DNA of 62,170 nt, the filler included, from Choristocarpus tenellus KU-1152 (Eukaryota; Protista; Phaeophyceae), in NCBI GenBank assembly GCA_964200185.2. It is 11 parts of 11 records of this genome, joined end to end, with 100 filler letters (N's around TTAATTAATTAA, not from the genome) between each part and the next. Parts side by side here need not be neighbours in the genome. Positions count along the whole stretch, not along the records: positions 1 to 5,174 come from CAXNAD020011614.1; positions 5,275 to 7,991 come from CAXNAD020025342.1; positions 8,092 to 10,677 come from CAXNAD020026520.1; positions 10,778 to 15,048 come from CAXNAD020015364.1; 7 more parts are not named here. The stretch is one strand, 5' to 3'. This document shows, piece after piece, positions 1 to 11,800 of the stretch. Position 1 is the first letter of the stretch. The number at the start of each line of letters is the position of its first letter. Under the pieces are notes generated by a model. It worked only from the letters and a program-made list of their open reading frames with translations. It searched no databases and was not told the origin of the DNA. A program made the position numbers and the translations under genes.

Positions 1-37
1 TATCCTACAAGCCACAGTAGATTATTCCCTATACTTC

Positions 38-58
38 TAACCCTAACCCTAACCCTAA
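38..58 (+). repeat. Short (CCCTAA)n telomere-type tract, about 3.5 units
   Basis: taaccctaaccctaaccctaa read directly. Confidence 0.85.
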
Positions 59-254
59 CAACCTTTTTTCTATTCTTTCCCCCCCCCCCCCAGGTTAGTG
101 TGGACGACCAAGGTAGGCTTTGGGGGAGCATGGGCGACAAAGAGGGTGGGGACGACTCGAGACTGGGGACACAAGCACGATCTCTAAGAGGAGGGCACCA
201 AGACAACAACTGGGCAGAGCCACTGCCGAATGTATTCGGCATAGGGTTAGGGTT

Positions 255-886
255 CGGTTTGAGTGCCAAGCTCGAGAACGGGGAGCTTGATGGGAGCAGC
301 GGCCGGGCCGACGGTGTTGCCGTGTACCAGAAGCGGAGCGCATCTCTGATCCTTGCTTCCATCTTGGGTGTGCATGTGTTTGGGGAGGGCATGAGCAGCT
401 GGGAGGACCGCACTGAAGAATGCAGGCGACGATTCGGCCCTGGGACGCCCCTCCCCACTCCAGCAAGGACGTGGGACGAGCAACTCAAGGCCATGACGAG
501 ATTGAGCGAGCCTCAGCACTACTCTGTGCTTGAAAGTAGAGGAAATGGAATCGTACCTACCCCCCAAACGCTTGAGAGGCCCCCGACCAAATCCCCGGCA
601 AAGGCGGACATGGCAAACGAAGCCCCCATGGGAAGTCCTCTACCCCCTGCGACTACCAGCCCGTCTAGAAGGGGCACCAGGGTCGGTTGCATGTCCAGGA
701 CCAAGGCGCAGAGCCTTTCGCCCTGCAAGCCTGACTCCCGGAGCAGAGATATCATGGGGATTCTTTCACCTATCAAGGTGAGCGCGCACGGCCTGCACTT
801 GTCTTATTCATATTATTTTTTTCCGGGATGGGTTTTACGTTCAGGATCCCGTGCTTCATTCGCACTTTCCACAACTTTAATTTAAT
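255..886 (+). mobile_element. Candidate 5'-truncated retroelement bounded by a 13-bp telomeric direct repeat
   Basis: TAGGGTTAGGGTT at 242-254 and 887-899. Interior is GC-rich with an open frame (part of ORF 100..885) and ends in tttaatttaat. Confidence 0.35.
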
Positions 887-1053
887 TAGGGTTAGGGTTA
901 GAGCAGCCCCAAGAATCATACTATTAGTCGTATGCGTATGTATGACACTTATCGCACAGAATTTGTGCCTCGCCGTGGTGTATAAAAAAATAACAAAAAG
1001 TGGTGAAAAAAAAATCCAAAAATGATGGGAGGGAGTCATGATGCGTTGCAGGG

Positions 1054-1233
1054 GGTTCAAAGTATCTGGGAGGGGGTGGCGGTTATCCATTTGGGGACAA
1101 TTTTTTTGATGTCCCGATTTTTGGATGATTTGGTTGCATACGTCGTACGGATAAATGTACATGCACTTTTCGTGGTTATGGCCCAAACGGACACCCTATC
1201 GTAGACACCCCCGCCCCCCAGATAGTTTGGGTC
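1054..1233 (+). mobile_element. MITE, GRG/Sola2-like group, family A
   Basis: TIRs ggttcaaagtatctggg ... cccagatagtttgggtc. Flanks aggg/agtg. Similar to 4014-4199, 14831- and 43737-43918. Confidence 0.8.
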
Positions 1234-1768
1234 AGTGGCAAATGCCTCCCCTCTCGGCTCCACAGCAGGTTCCAAATTTTGCTGTGTTTTGCATCGTTTT
1301 TTCCCACACTCCCCCCCCCAAAAAAAAATCGATGTTGTAACTGTCACCGCCACAAATTTGTGGCATGTCACATCACTGGCGGTACATGTCATACATGACC
1401 TTGGAAGGATAGATCAATACTTGCTCTCTCAGGTCCGAATCACAAAGCACGATTGAAGTAGAACCTCATGACACACTGGCCTGAGCAAGTTCGGCATCTG
1501 TGAATTGCTACATTATGCTCCTCTTCCATGCGAATGGGGTCAATCCAGGCTTGCGGTTTGGGCCTTGTGCCTCGGAGACGGTGCAGTACTGGGCATGCTA
1601 GGCATATAGATAGGTCTACATCCGCTCCACCCCGTACCAGCAAGAAGAGCATGTCAATAGCAGGAGGTACTTTATCATCCCAGATTCTCAAAGCACGAGG
1701 AATCACCATAGTGCCCTCAATACCTATTGCTATAACAGATGCGGTGAGTGCTAGAAACATGTGTTTGC

Positions 1769-1823
1769 ATGTATGTGTGTGTACGTATGTATGTATGTGT
1801 GTATGTATGTATGTATGTATGTA
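1769..1823 (+). repeat. (GTAT)n/(GT)n microsatellite
   Basis: Read directly. Confidence 0.9.
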
Positions 1824-1999
1824 TTGAGCACTTCTAGTGTCGGTGAGTGCGTTCCAACTGCCAGGGATATCCTAACGATCAAACTTGTTTTCATATCGCT
1901 AGTAAATTTCTAGTAGTAGCGATTAACACTATTGTACCATATACTCCGAGATATCCAAAACATAATCCCGCAAACTTAAGGAACAGAGGGAGTACATCT

Positions 2000-2800
2000 A
2001 TATACATTGAAAGGACAGGAAGTAGTAGCTGAAAGGCCTAGGCGTCCAACCGTGGTGAGACATTACCACAACTTCGGCATATAGTCCACCATGGTGACAC
2101 TATGTCAAAGTACTAGAACTAGGATGAGTCAGGTGATGCTGACACTGTAGGGGGCAAGCGTATGATTCAGCGTACTCTGGGGTAGGAAAATATGTAAACT
2201 TGGGGAATATTTGAACTGTCAGAGTGCGACAATAACCCACAACGTTACCCAGCCGTGAAGGGTCCTTCAACGGGGGTCGGGGGTAAACCCTGTGCTCCTG
2301 AGAGGGAACAAACAGGTGGCTTGAAAGCCCTCCAATTCCTCGATAATTGTCACGTGTCTGTAGACAACTTTGTCTCCAAACATTACTTCGATCACCACTG
2401 CCACTAGTCAATGAGAGAAGCAGCATCACCTGGGGAGTTGAATTGGAGAGCAACGTGTGCGAAAAGATATTTTGGTCGATTCCCTGTCAGATGTTTGTAC
2501 ACACAACCAAGAAATTCCCACAACGGTCAGTCGGTAAATAACTGACAACAATAACATTTCGCACCCCCGTGCGCGCGGTCTTACATATTCTTTTTTTGGA
2601 TCATCTTTTTTACAGACTGGAAGACATCCACAAATAGACTCAGCGGACAGATATGGACCCTGCACAGGAACTGGAGTAAGATCACCTGCTTCTGGTTTGG
2701 TTGGAAAAGATTGCAGTGGGTTGCCACCCATTGTAAGTTGATCGAACAAGTGAACCGCAGCCACTCTGCCCAAGGCGGTGCTCTCTGTCTAGACATGGAG
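2000..2800 (-). pseudogene. Decayed tyrosine recombinase of a DIRS/Ngaro-type retroelement
   Basis: Frameshifted minus-strand pieces in the expected order: WAEWLRF, RARGCEML, LSSHLFVP, VVMSHHGW....SYYF (resembles the final H-GW...Y box of DIRS-type YRs). Confidence 0.4.
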
Positions 2801-4013
2801 ATTGTAGATAATAGGTTTTGAACCGCAGGGTATTCTTGTGTAGATAATGAAGGAAACTGGAGTTTGCACTTCCAGAACCCAGGGTAATCTTGTGTGTGTG
2901 TATATATGTATATTATGTATGTGTTCAAAAATTAATCCCGCATAGTTAGAAGTAAAATATTTTTTTGTTATTGGAGTCAATAGGATATGACCAACAATCC
3001 CTGAAGCACCAAAGCTGTGACTGTTGGAAGGTACTAGGAGCTCTATTTTTCTCCTGTGTATGACTGACAGTCAAGTCAAGATCGATCAGAAGGAAGGAGG
3101 GGTCTTACTTAGGTGATGCAGCATGTCCACTGGTTCAACTAATGCAATTACGTCAATATGGTGTATGTAGGGTGTTCTCTCAGTCTATATGAATATATGT
3201 TTTTAATGTGTGCCCTGCTACTCAAAGTTGGTACCACTCACACACAAATACACAGCAAAGAAACAATACTAAAAAAACTGGTAGAACATACACATACATC
3301 AATCTGGAATTTTTGTTATAGACTGTTTTTCATTCGATATTCTCGCTCCTAGTTTGTAAGTAATAGCATTAAATAGAACCACATAGAATATGTACATTTC
3401 CCATTAACGTAGACGATGTGGTGCTTATTGTGTAGGCCAAGTCAAAACCGACATACAACTAATCTACTTCAACCACGGAATTTTGTTTAGTGGTTTATTG
3501 CATGCCATAGATGCATCTTCCCTTCATAACATAACTCAAGTGATTGAATTGACTCCTCGCTCCCTGCCAAGCACCATGAAGCAGTTACCCAGCATTCCAG
3601 ACGCTCTTCTGTGGTAATAGTCCTCGAAATACCCGTTGAGAGGGTGTTTGTACCTGCCACCCCTTCTCAACTCTCTTCAAGCACAGTAAGCCTCCTTTGA
3701 GCCTGTAACTTCTGAGAAGGAAACCACAGTGACTCTGCATCGCACAGTGATACACCATCATCTCGGTGGACTTACGGTTCGAACAAAAAAAAAGTGTTCC
3801 TATTTTTTTTGTGGCACCACTTAGGGTTAGAGATTTACAATAAAATCATCACCGCAGGAGTACGTTTCTCATCACCGCAGTGTTTGATGTCAACTGCTCC
3901 GAGCAAAAATATACCTTGACTCTCTGCCGCACTCTGAGATGAAATGCAAGGTCATGCCTTTTTTCTATTTCCATGCACATAAGTGTGCCTATACTCTTTT
4001 GTCAGAAGACAAT

Positions 4014-4199
4014 GACTCAAAGTATCTGGGGGGGTGGCTGTCCATTCGGGGCCCATATTTTTCCATGTAGCAATTATTGGCTGATTTGGTTGCATGCGGC
4101 GGATGGATAATGTGAATGCACTTTTCCTGGTCAGGGTCCACCCGAATGAAAACTCTGGTGCAGACACCCCTCTCCCCCCCCCCCCAGATAGTTAGAACC
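4014..4199 (+). mobile_element. MITE family A
   Basis: gactcaaagtatctggggggg ... cccccagatagttagaacc, with AAT on both flanks. Confidence 0.8.
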
Positions 4200-5174
4200 A
4201 ATCCTGCATCGTACTTGGACGGAGAGACAAAACCTACATACGTATGTCTCTCTCCTCATCTGCCCTGAACAACAATAGCACTTCACGATGGCTTGTGGAA
4301 TACAAAAAACTAAGTTCGTACATAAGTGCTCCCTTCCAACAAATAAATAGAGGACATCCCCCCCTCCCCCCCCCCCACTCCCCCTCCCAGTGGAGTTTTC
4401 AAGGTACTGTACATGTAGTTTACCCACTCATAACGTCAAAAAAATAAGAAAAAACAAGGCGACACAAAAGAGACAAATAATATATATATATACAAAAGTA
4501 AGCTTGGATATGGATAAGTAATAAAAATTGTGATGAGAACCACATATATTGAACTATAGGAATGTACCCCCACCTGAGTTTCACCCCCAAAACGGAGTTA
4601 AAGATCGCTACTGCCACAATGCAGAACCGGAACAGTTCAGTTTCTGACTGCACATTGGAAAACACCTACACAAGATTATGAAGTAAGTTTGTGCTCAGGA
4701 GTTCTGCATGGTACAAAGCACATCTAAAATATACTGCACGTGCAGGTTCTGTGTTGCAGGGGGGGGGGGGGGGGGGGGGGGCAAAAAATACACTCCCACC
4801 TTTTACAACAAGGACCTCAACCGCAGGTTTTTTTTCCTCCCCCCCNNNNNNNNNNTTTGGCTCAGGGGTTCTGGATGGTAAAAACAACACTAAAAATTTC
4901 CCGCCGGGGGGGGTTTTGGGGTGGGGGGGGGGGGGGGGGGGGAGGGGACAAAACTACACATGCAATCTTTGACAACAGGGATTTCACAGCAGAGTTTTTT
5001 CATCTCCTCCATCGTTCATGTGTGCAGCATCCCTCAACCAGCAAAGTGCCCAAGAAGGCACACCTCAAGAAGGTATACCCCCAAACCCTCACCCCCCACC
5101 CCCCCCCCAAAAAAAAAAAACAACAAAAAACACCCACCTAAGAACCCGCAAAAAAAAAAAAAAGAAAAACACCA

Positions 5175-5274
5175 NNNNNNNNNNNNNNNNNNNNNNNNNN
5201 NNNNNNNNNNNNNNNNNNTTAATTAATTAANNNNNNNNNNNNNNNNNNNNNNNNNNNNNNNNNNNNNNNNNNNN
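5175..5274. other. Artificial contig spacer. Identical spacers at 7992-8091, 10678-10777, 15049-15148, 20840-20939, 24752-24851, 29887-29986, 40251-40350, 43625-43724, 53170-53269
   Basis: 44 N + TTAATTAATTAA (stops in all six frames) + 44 N, repeated ten times. Confidence 0.98.
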
Positions 5275-5869
5275 CAGAAAATTTAGGTCGCCTACCACCA
5301 CATACACGTCTGCCTTGGGGGGTCCATGCTCCAAGTGTAGCATCTGCCCTTGACCAAGTCCAGATGGAGACCCTGGGGCGAGTAAACATCACCACGGTGA
5401 AGAAGGTCCGAGGCAGGCTTTGCACCACCCACGCAATCGCCCTCATGCACACAGTGGATCTCCTGATACATGGGGTAACTGCCCCAAGGCTGGAAAGAGG
5501 GACACCAACAATAGGGGTCATCAGAGCATTCAAACTCTTCCACACGATCTCGGGCCTCTTACTGGCAAATGATGGAAAGTCCTCGAGGGAGGAAAGGTTT
5601 GCCAAGGTAGCTTCAGGGAACATCCAAGAGTTAGTGGCATGGCTACTAGAACGATCCCAGAAGACCAGCAGACGTAGGGAGGCCCCTGAAGAAGACCCCA
5701 AAGTCCCGCCAGGAACGCACTGCAGCTCTGGGTCACCACCATGGAGGGATTTCCAAGGGAGCAAGCGTGCTTCTAGCAAAACCCAGAGTCCCAGGGACGG
5801 AGGAGACTTTCAATATACTGGTTCCTAAAAACCCAAGTGAGAACCAAGACGAGCTTAGGCAGGCCATCA

Positions 5870-6126
5870 GAGTAAAAGTATCTTAGAGGGTACGAGTTTT
5901 GCCCTGTTTGTCCATTTGGGGCTTGGCTTCCCATGTTTATTTTTATGACATTTTTCTACTCCAAAATGTTTTGGAGTAGGTAAAATGTGTATGTTCGAAA
6001 AGGTGTGTCCGGAACAAGGATATTGACACTTCCTAGCAAACACGATAGCCAAAATTACATCAATATCGCAACATTGAATTTGACCTCCAAATGGACACGG
6101 ATCTACCCTCTAAGATACTTTGGATC
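5870..6126 (+). mobile_element. MITE family B with 4-bp TSD ATCA
   Basis: gagtaaaagtatcttagagggta ... taccctctaagatactttggatc. ATCA at 5866-5869 and 6127-6130. Confidence 0.92.
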
Positions 6127-7287
6127 ATCACGGACGCAAAAGACAGGGTACAAGGGAAGGCAAGATCTGGGGAACAAAGGTACTGCCCCCCTGAAGGGGA
6201 GTACACCCCCACCTCCCTTCGAAAAGCCTTTATGACGGCTAACAGCAACTCGGCACCAGGGCCTGACGGGATGCGCCCAAGCCACATCAGATCAGCCATC
6301 ACGACAGATGTTGGTCATGAAGAAGTGGCAAAGGCGTTTGCAAAGCTATGGAAACTAGCCTACACCTCCCCGGACTCTCTACCCCTGGAGTTCTGGACAC
6401 TCTACACCAACTCCAAACTGTCCACAATTGGGGAGAGGTGTTGCCCAGTTGCCAGTGGGTCTTTTTTCAGGAGGGCATGCGCTTCAGCTTTCTGCACAGA
6501 CTTGCGCCCCTACCTAGAGGAATATTTCGGGGGAGTAGGACAATTTGGCGTCGGGGTCCCAAATGGCATAAAACGTGCACTCCTGGATATCCGCCTAAGG
6601 AACGAGTGCGGAGAATGGGTCATCAGTTTGGACGGAAGGAATGCCTTCAACAGCGTACGTCACTCAGCTTTCATCCAGGCCCTCCCAGAGACCCTAAAAG
6701 GACTCCTACCTCATGTTTCTAAAGTATATGGGAACACCAGAAATATTATTTTCCCCCTAGATGAGAGAGGGATGAAGGTTCTGCCATCGAGATCTGGGGC
6801 TCAAGAGGGAGACCCACTAGGCCCCCTCTTATATTGCATTGCAACACACAAGGCCTTGCAACAGGTCCAACCAGTCTTTGGACCCCAAGGGAATTCCTCC
6901 CGGAGCTATCTGGATGACACGTCCATATCTGCAAGGGAGATCTACCCTACCACTATAGCTGCTTTCGAGCAGTTAAGAACTAACCTCCATGAGGTAGGGA
7001 TTAACCTAAACATGGACAAGACCTTTGCCGCACCTCCCCAGGGTCACCACCCCATGCCCTCGGAACTGGAGCTTCTCTCTACAGCAGGAATCAACCTAGC
7101 CCCGAACCCCAATGATTTTGTAACTCTAGGGGCTCCGGTGGGAACAGATGCTTTTATTCGAACCCACATGGCAGAGCTGATCGAGAGCTTTGGATTCCTT
7201 GGAGGCTCTGTACGTTGGAGACAACCTCAGCTTCGGTGCGAATGCTGTGAGCCAGACATGTCGATCGACCTGGGAAATAAAGAGTAA
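6127..7287 (+). pseudogene. Reverse transcriptase domain of the CRE-like element (still an open frame)
   Basis: ORF 6091..7287 minus its MITE-derived N-terminus. YLDD catalytic motif present. Confidence 0.85.
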
Positions 7288-8091
7288 GATGGCAACCAAA
7301 AGCGAGCAACAATATGTGAGTAATGGAACGTGGGACAATTGACTACCTAGGCAATATCTCGGCCTTGGTGATCAAAGACCACTCATTCTATGACTATAGG
7401 CAAGTGATGTGGCGATCAGAGGCCACTCGTTTTACGGTTAGAGAGGGGCGATTCCCTCAGAGCCACATAAGCCCTCAGACCCATGAAGACCACCAGTTCA
7501 GGGAGGAAATCCTGCAGACGACGAATGAAGACCACAAACCCAGGTGGAACTAGAAAACAATCCTGTGTGTTAGGGTGAACAAGGAGTAATCCCTCCAGTT
7601 TGAAGAGAGGCGGCAGGACCTCCATGTTACAGGCGCTCCTCGATGATCACCTTTCCAGGATGTACAAGTCAAGTCCAATTCCCAGATTATGGAACGTCAG
7701 CTCAGCGGAACAGGGGTACTCTTTATTGAATCAATCAATATAAATGTATATAAAGTTTAGCATCAGTTTAAGAGTGGCTTATGTGTGGGTATCTCTGTTA
7801 GGTCAGAATAACTGAGCCGTTTTGAGTCGTTTTTAGGAACTCTAATAACCATTTGCGTTTTTAGTGGGTTTTTCGGGATCATAAATACTGGCATGTATCT
7901 CAGAAACCTTTCCGACCATTCATCCATGACCCTCTGCAACTACCCGAGTTACAGTTTATTCTGCAACTTTTAGGCAAATCGGAGTTCCCCCNNNNNNNNN
8001 NNNNNNNNNNNNNNNNNNNNNNNNNNNNNNNNNNNTTAATTAATTAANNNNNNNNNNNNNNNNNNNNNNNNNNNNNNNNNNNNNNNNNNNN

Positions 8092-8179
8092 GTGCGACCA
8101 AATCACACCAAAAAAGTGATAATCGAAAAAAGGGTGAAAAACGGACACCGAGACACCCCCCCCCAAGTTACTTTGACCC
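8092..8179 (-). mobile_element. MITE family A2, partial (contig edge)
   Basis: Reverse complement of the 10516 and 20770 copies. Ends aagttactttgaccc. Confidence 0.75.
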
Positions 8180-8449
8180 CACTACTAGCGTACGCAAAAT
8201 CGTTATTCTCACTTCACACAGACAAGGTGGTACCACGATTCAGCGAAGACTCTCTCTGTAATTATATACGAATTGGCATGTTTTTTATCTTTCTCGATAT
8301 CCTTAAAATGCAAACTTGTCTACCTCTCAGTTGGTTTGACTCTAACCCAATGGAAAAGGTACTCGACTTTGAACCCACCTCTGTCCGGCCGATATTTCCA
8401 GCCACATTCTCCTCAGACTACGAAGTTGCGAAGGAACGCACGCTACTTG

Positions 8450-9300
8450 GTCAAAACAATGTCCCTGATGCGGTGGAGTCCACAATAGGCGTCCAGGCAG
8501 AATGTGAAACAGGAGCATGGACCGTGGTACTGGAGGGTGACACCGACCAATTTCCTCTGTACTTTGTGAGTGTCCAGATCTATCTGCAGAGCCGAATATA
8601 GGGTGTTGCGTGGTTTGGGTTTCACTCGACACATCAGGTAGTTATAAAAATAGCTATACAGATCTTTACCAACATGAGCATATTTTATGTTTTATTTTGT
8701 GCGAAGTCTCACAGACAGGGTCAGGTAGAACTAGAGGGGCCATGGCTAATCCTGCGGGGCCGGGGTTTACTCTGGAATCTACGATATAGAACCATTATGC
8801 TGTGCTGATATAATGTGCTAATACAATGTTTTGGGGAATAGTAGGAGTCCACAGCACTACAACATCACAATGCGGCATCGTTCTTGATCTTCAATATATG
8901 CGAGATGGTCAGAGCAGAGAGTAAGGATTGGCGAAGCGTGTTTTCAATTGGTTTCCTTTCTCTCATATGAACAACTCTCCTTTGCCACAGTTCAACTTTT
9001 GGCACATGTGTTTCACACAGGTCTGTTTACATGTACACAGTTCGATTTCATTTTCATCATAGGTTTCGGAAGTGTATATACGTCTGGGGCCCTGTACATG
9101 TTCATTGTTCATGCCCACGCATCACGCCCCCAAGTTTCTTGCCTGTTGAAATCAACAGGATCAACGCAGGCAAGTTTCCCAATCTGCGACTCAACCATTG
9201 GTGCCGCTGGGAAATATATATTGCAGATGGCCCATCTAGGCTCTAGTCTTTGTTTTTAGGGAGGAAGGCTTGCATTGATTGGGGAGAGGAAGCTGAAGGG
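8450..9300 (+). pseudogene. Possible KDZ (Kyakuja-Dileera-Zisupton) transposase remnant
   Basis: Frameshifted motifs in the expected order: CEC...LRGLGF; GV....C/RH..FLIFNICEMVRAE; FIVHAHASRPQ....STG. Confidence 0.3.
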
Positions 9301-10515
9301 CAACTACAGTCCTATATTTGATAGTGTTGGGGCTCAAAGATAAATTGTGAGCCAGAGCTTGTAGTTTAATAATGCCTGTACACAGTACATCCTAGCACTT
9401 CAAAATGACCATTGAAACATGTTAATTTGGGGTTCAAGAATCCATCAATATTTTAGCCAGAGAGAAAGAGTAGAGGAGCAAGGAGAGTAGAAAGGTGTGG
9501 TACCATTAATTGGATGGATGTAGAAGAATAGTATTTTCGGGTAGGTTGGTCTCTAGCAAAACTATCACAGGAGTTATAGACTCGACTTGGCAATATTGTG
9601 GTGCTTGAATTCTCTCTATTTGAACCGGATGTATAATAAGACACTCAAACAATTTCCTGAAATGACACTGACTGAATAATGTTTTTTCTAAAATTGTAAC
9701 TTACATGCCCACCCTTCCTTCATCGACCGGTAAATGGCTTACACTTACACCGTTTGCAGGTGTTTGATTGTGCTGATGACCCCAGCCTTATCACGTCGAC
9801 TGCATGGATTTCCTGTAGTGACTCGGAATGCTCGACTTTCACTTCATACACTGCACCATCAATCGAATGCTCAACAATAGATGATGAGTCCATGTTTGAA
9901 GACGGTGAGGCCAACTTTCTAACAGATCTTCGCGCATTGTTAAGCATTGTTAGTGCTGCAAGCATATTTCTGAACCATGAGTGACGAAGTCATTATCCCC
10001 ATCCCATTAATCTACAATTTATTGAACTGACCAAGAGCAATATTAAGCTGAGGAATCTTCCACATATCTTTCTGTTGCTTTACTCTTAGGAACCTACCCA
10101 TTGCTCCCACGTATTGATTGCTACATCTGCATCATACTTGGTTGGGCTTCGTTTCACTTTTTTGCCATTGCTACTCACACTTTTGGATCCAGGATCCCAG
10201 GGCAAGATGAAACGCACAACAAATTCTTTTGGGATATATGACGCTTTGGACACAGTGGTGGTTTGTTGTTCACAGTGTTCACTTAGGAATATCCCACATA
10301 AATCAAAACACACTCTTCAATATACACATCAAAGAGAGTACATGGATATAAGCAGTACTCATTAAATGGACAAGAAACAGGTCATTCTACCAGCGACAGC
10401 TGTCAACTGGAGTCTAGTTGAAGTGGAGCTGTAGGCAGGTACGATTATTAAATCCTTCATAGCAACAGTCAAAAGGAAGGATATTTTGCCATTTTTTTTT
10501 AATCTAACACCAATA

Positions 10516-10677
10516 GGGTCAAAGTATCTTGGCGGGGGGGTGTAGGCGTCCGTTTTTTACCCTTTTTTCGATTTTTACTTTTTTGGTATAATTTGGTCAC
10601 ACGTGTCGGATTTGAAGTGTCAGCAAAAAAAATAGTTGTTTGATCGAAACGGACGCCCCTTCACAAACCACCCCCCC
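10516..10677 (+). mobile_element. MITE family A2, truncated by contig end
   Basis: gggtcaaagtatcttggcgggggg ... aaacggacgcccc ... poly-C. Confidence 0.78.
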
Positions 10678-10777
10678 NNNNNNNNNNNNNNNNNNNNNNN
10701 NNNNNNNNNNNNNNNNNNNNNTTAATTAATTAANNNNNNNNNNNNNNNNNNNNNNNNNNNNNNNNNNNNNNNNNNNN

Positions 10778-10820
10778 CCGAATGGACAGCTTCCACCCCC
10801 CCCCCCAGATACTTCGAGTC
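10778..10820. mobile_element. MITE family A terminal fragment
   Basis: gaatggacag ... cccccagatacttcgagtc at the contig start. Confidence 0.7.
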
Positions 10821-11099
10821 AATAGTACAACACCAAGGGAAGCACCAAAGCACCGAAGGATTGCACAATGTTGTGTGCTATTGGACTTTGTGCATATGGA
10901 ACTACATATCAAATGCTGATGTGAAAAAAAACATTGCCCTGGCCACTCTCAGGACATGATATGCAGAAGGCTAAGCCTTACATTTAGTACTGCAACCTAT
11001 TACCCTCAAGTTCTCACCAACTGTAACACTTAAAGACGTTGGTGGGATACCCATTATTGCAGTTCCTTCTCCCATCCCTCAGAGTGAACAGTGCTCAAA

Positions 11100-11800
11100 A
11101 CTGGCTATTACAAGTAATTTTCAGCTCTGGGTGTCGAGTCCTGTCCTTTCATATTAAAATTTAACATAAGTTTCATGCTCTTCACCTTCTTGCAGGCAAC
11201 CATCAATTTCTGGACCACTTTGCGTGTCATTGTCTCCTTTATAACCACTTCTCCCTCGTTGTTAGGCGCAACCTGTCCATTTCCACTCCAGGTAGGGGGG
11301 TGTGATATTATTTGAAGCTGCTTGTATATCACAAAAACATGTAGGAAAGAGGCAGAGATATAGAGAACACCATCGCCATTGATAGCACATTGCTTTAATA
11401 TAACATTCTGAATGTTGCGTTTGAGTAACTTTTATTGTTCCATATTTCCAAGCTCTCATTGTCTATTCTGGAAATTATATGGGGAGGTCAAAGAAGCAAT
11501 ATATGGACTCGAGCAGCTTGCCTAACACTAGCATGTTTGTTGGTTGAACTTTTGATTGACAAGTCCATGAACACGTTTTCATCATTATTCTGTTTAAGCT
11601 GACAAGTCTAAGAGTCTTAAGTGAAAATTTCGTCTTTTTATACAAAAGTGTATATAGACGTTTCGGAATTCTGTCAGGAATGATTAAATAACAATGAAAA
11701 CAACACTTTCTAGTCAATTTTAGCACTTCAACGATGAAAATAAGGGTCAATTGTAACAGATGAAAGAGGTTGCTTATAATGCAAAATGGCCAATATCTGC
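11100..11800 (-). pseudogene. Mutator-like (MULE) transposase remnant
   Basis: Frameshifted RAWKYG ... NATF ... AINGDG ... LPLSYMFL, resembling the D-x-TF ... G-x-PLA region of MULE DDE domains. Confidence 0.35.

Larger units (their letters stand above)
5275..7740 (+). mobile_element. CRE/SLACS-clade non-LTR retrotransposon remnant, interrupted by a MITE
   Basis: RT motifs SAPGPDG, QFGVGVPNG, SLDGRNAFNSV, GAQEGDPLGPLLY, SYLDD, INLNMDK, LGAPVG. Upstream ASVLL..PGTEETFNIL. Degenerate 3' part with an (AATC)-like tail near 7727-7739. Confidence 0.85.

Noticed and set aside
38-58. True chromosome end
   Set aside because: Only about 3.5 units, with non-telomeric sequence 5' of it. Similar short tracts occur internally.
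4690-5174. Diverged tandem duplication around the 10-N gap at 4846-4855
   Set aside because: The copies degrade next to long poly-G/C runs. This is typical of low-quality read tails overlapping across a scaffold gap.
5175-5274. Recurring TTAATTAATTAA palindrome between N runs, and ORFs ending in '...LIN'
   Set aside because: Artificial six-frame-stop linker. Adjacency across these spacers has no biological meaning.
6091-6126. Start codon of the RT ORF (MDTDLPSKILW)
   Set aside because: It lies inside the inserted MITE. The real frame continues upstream of 5870.
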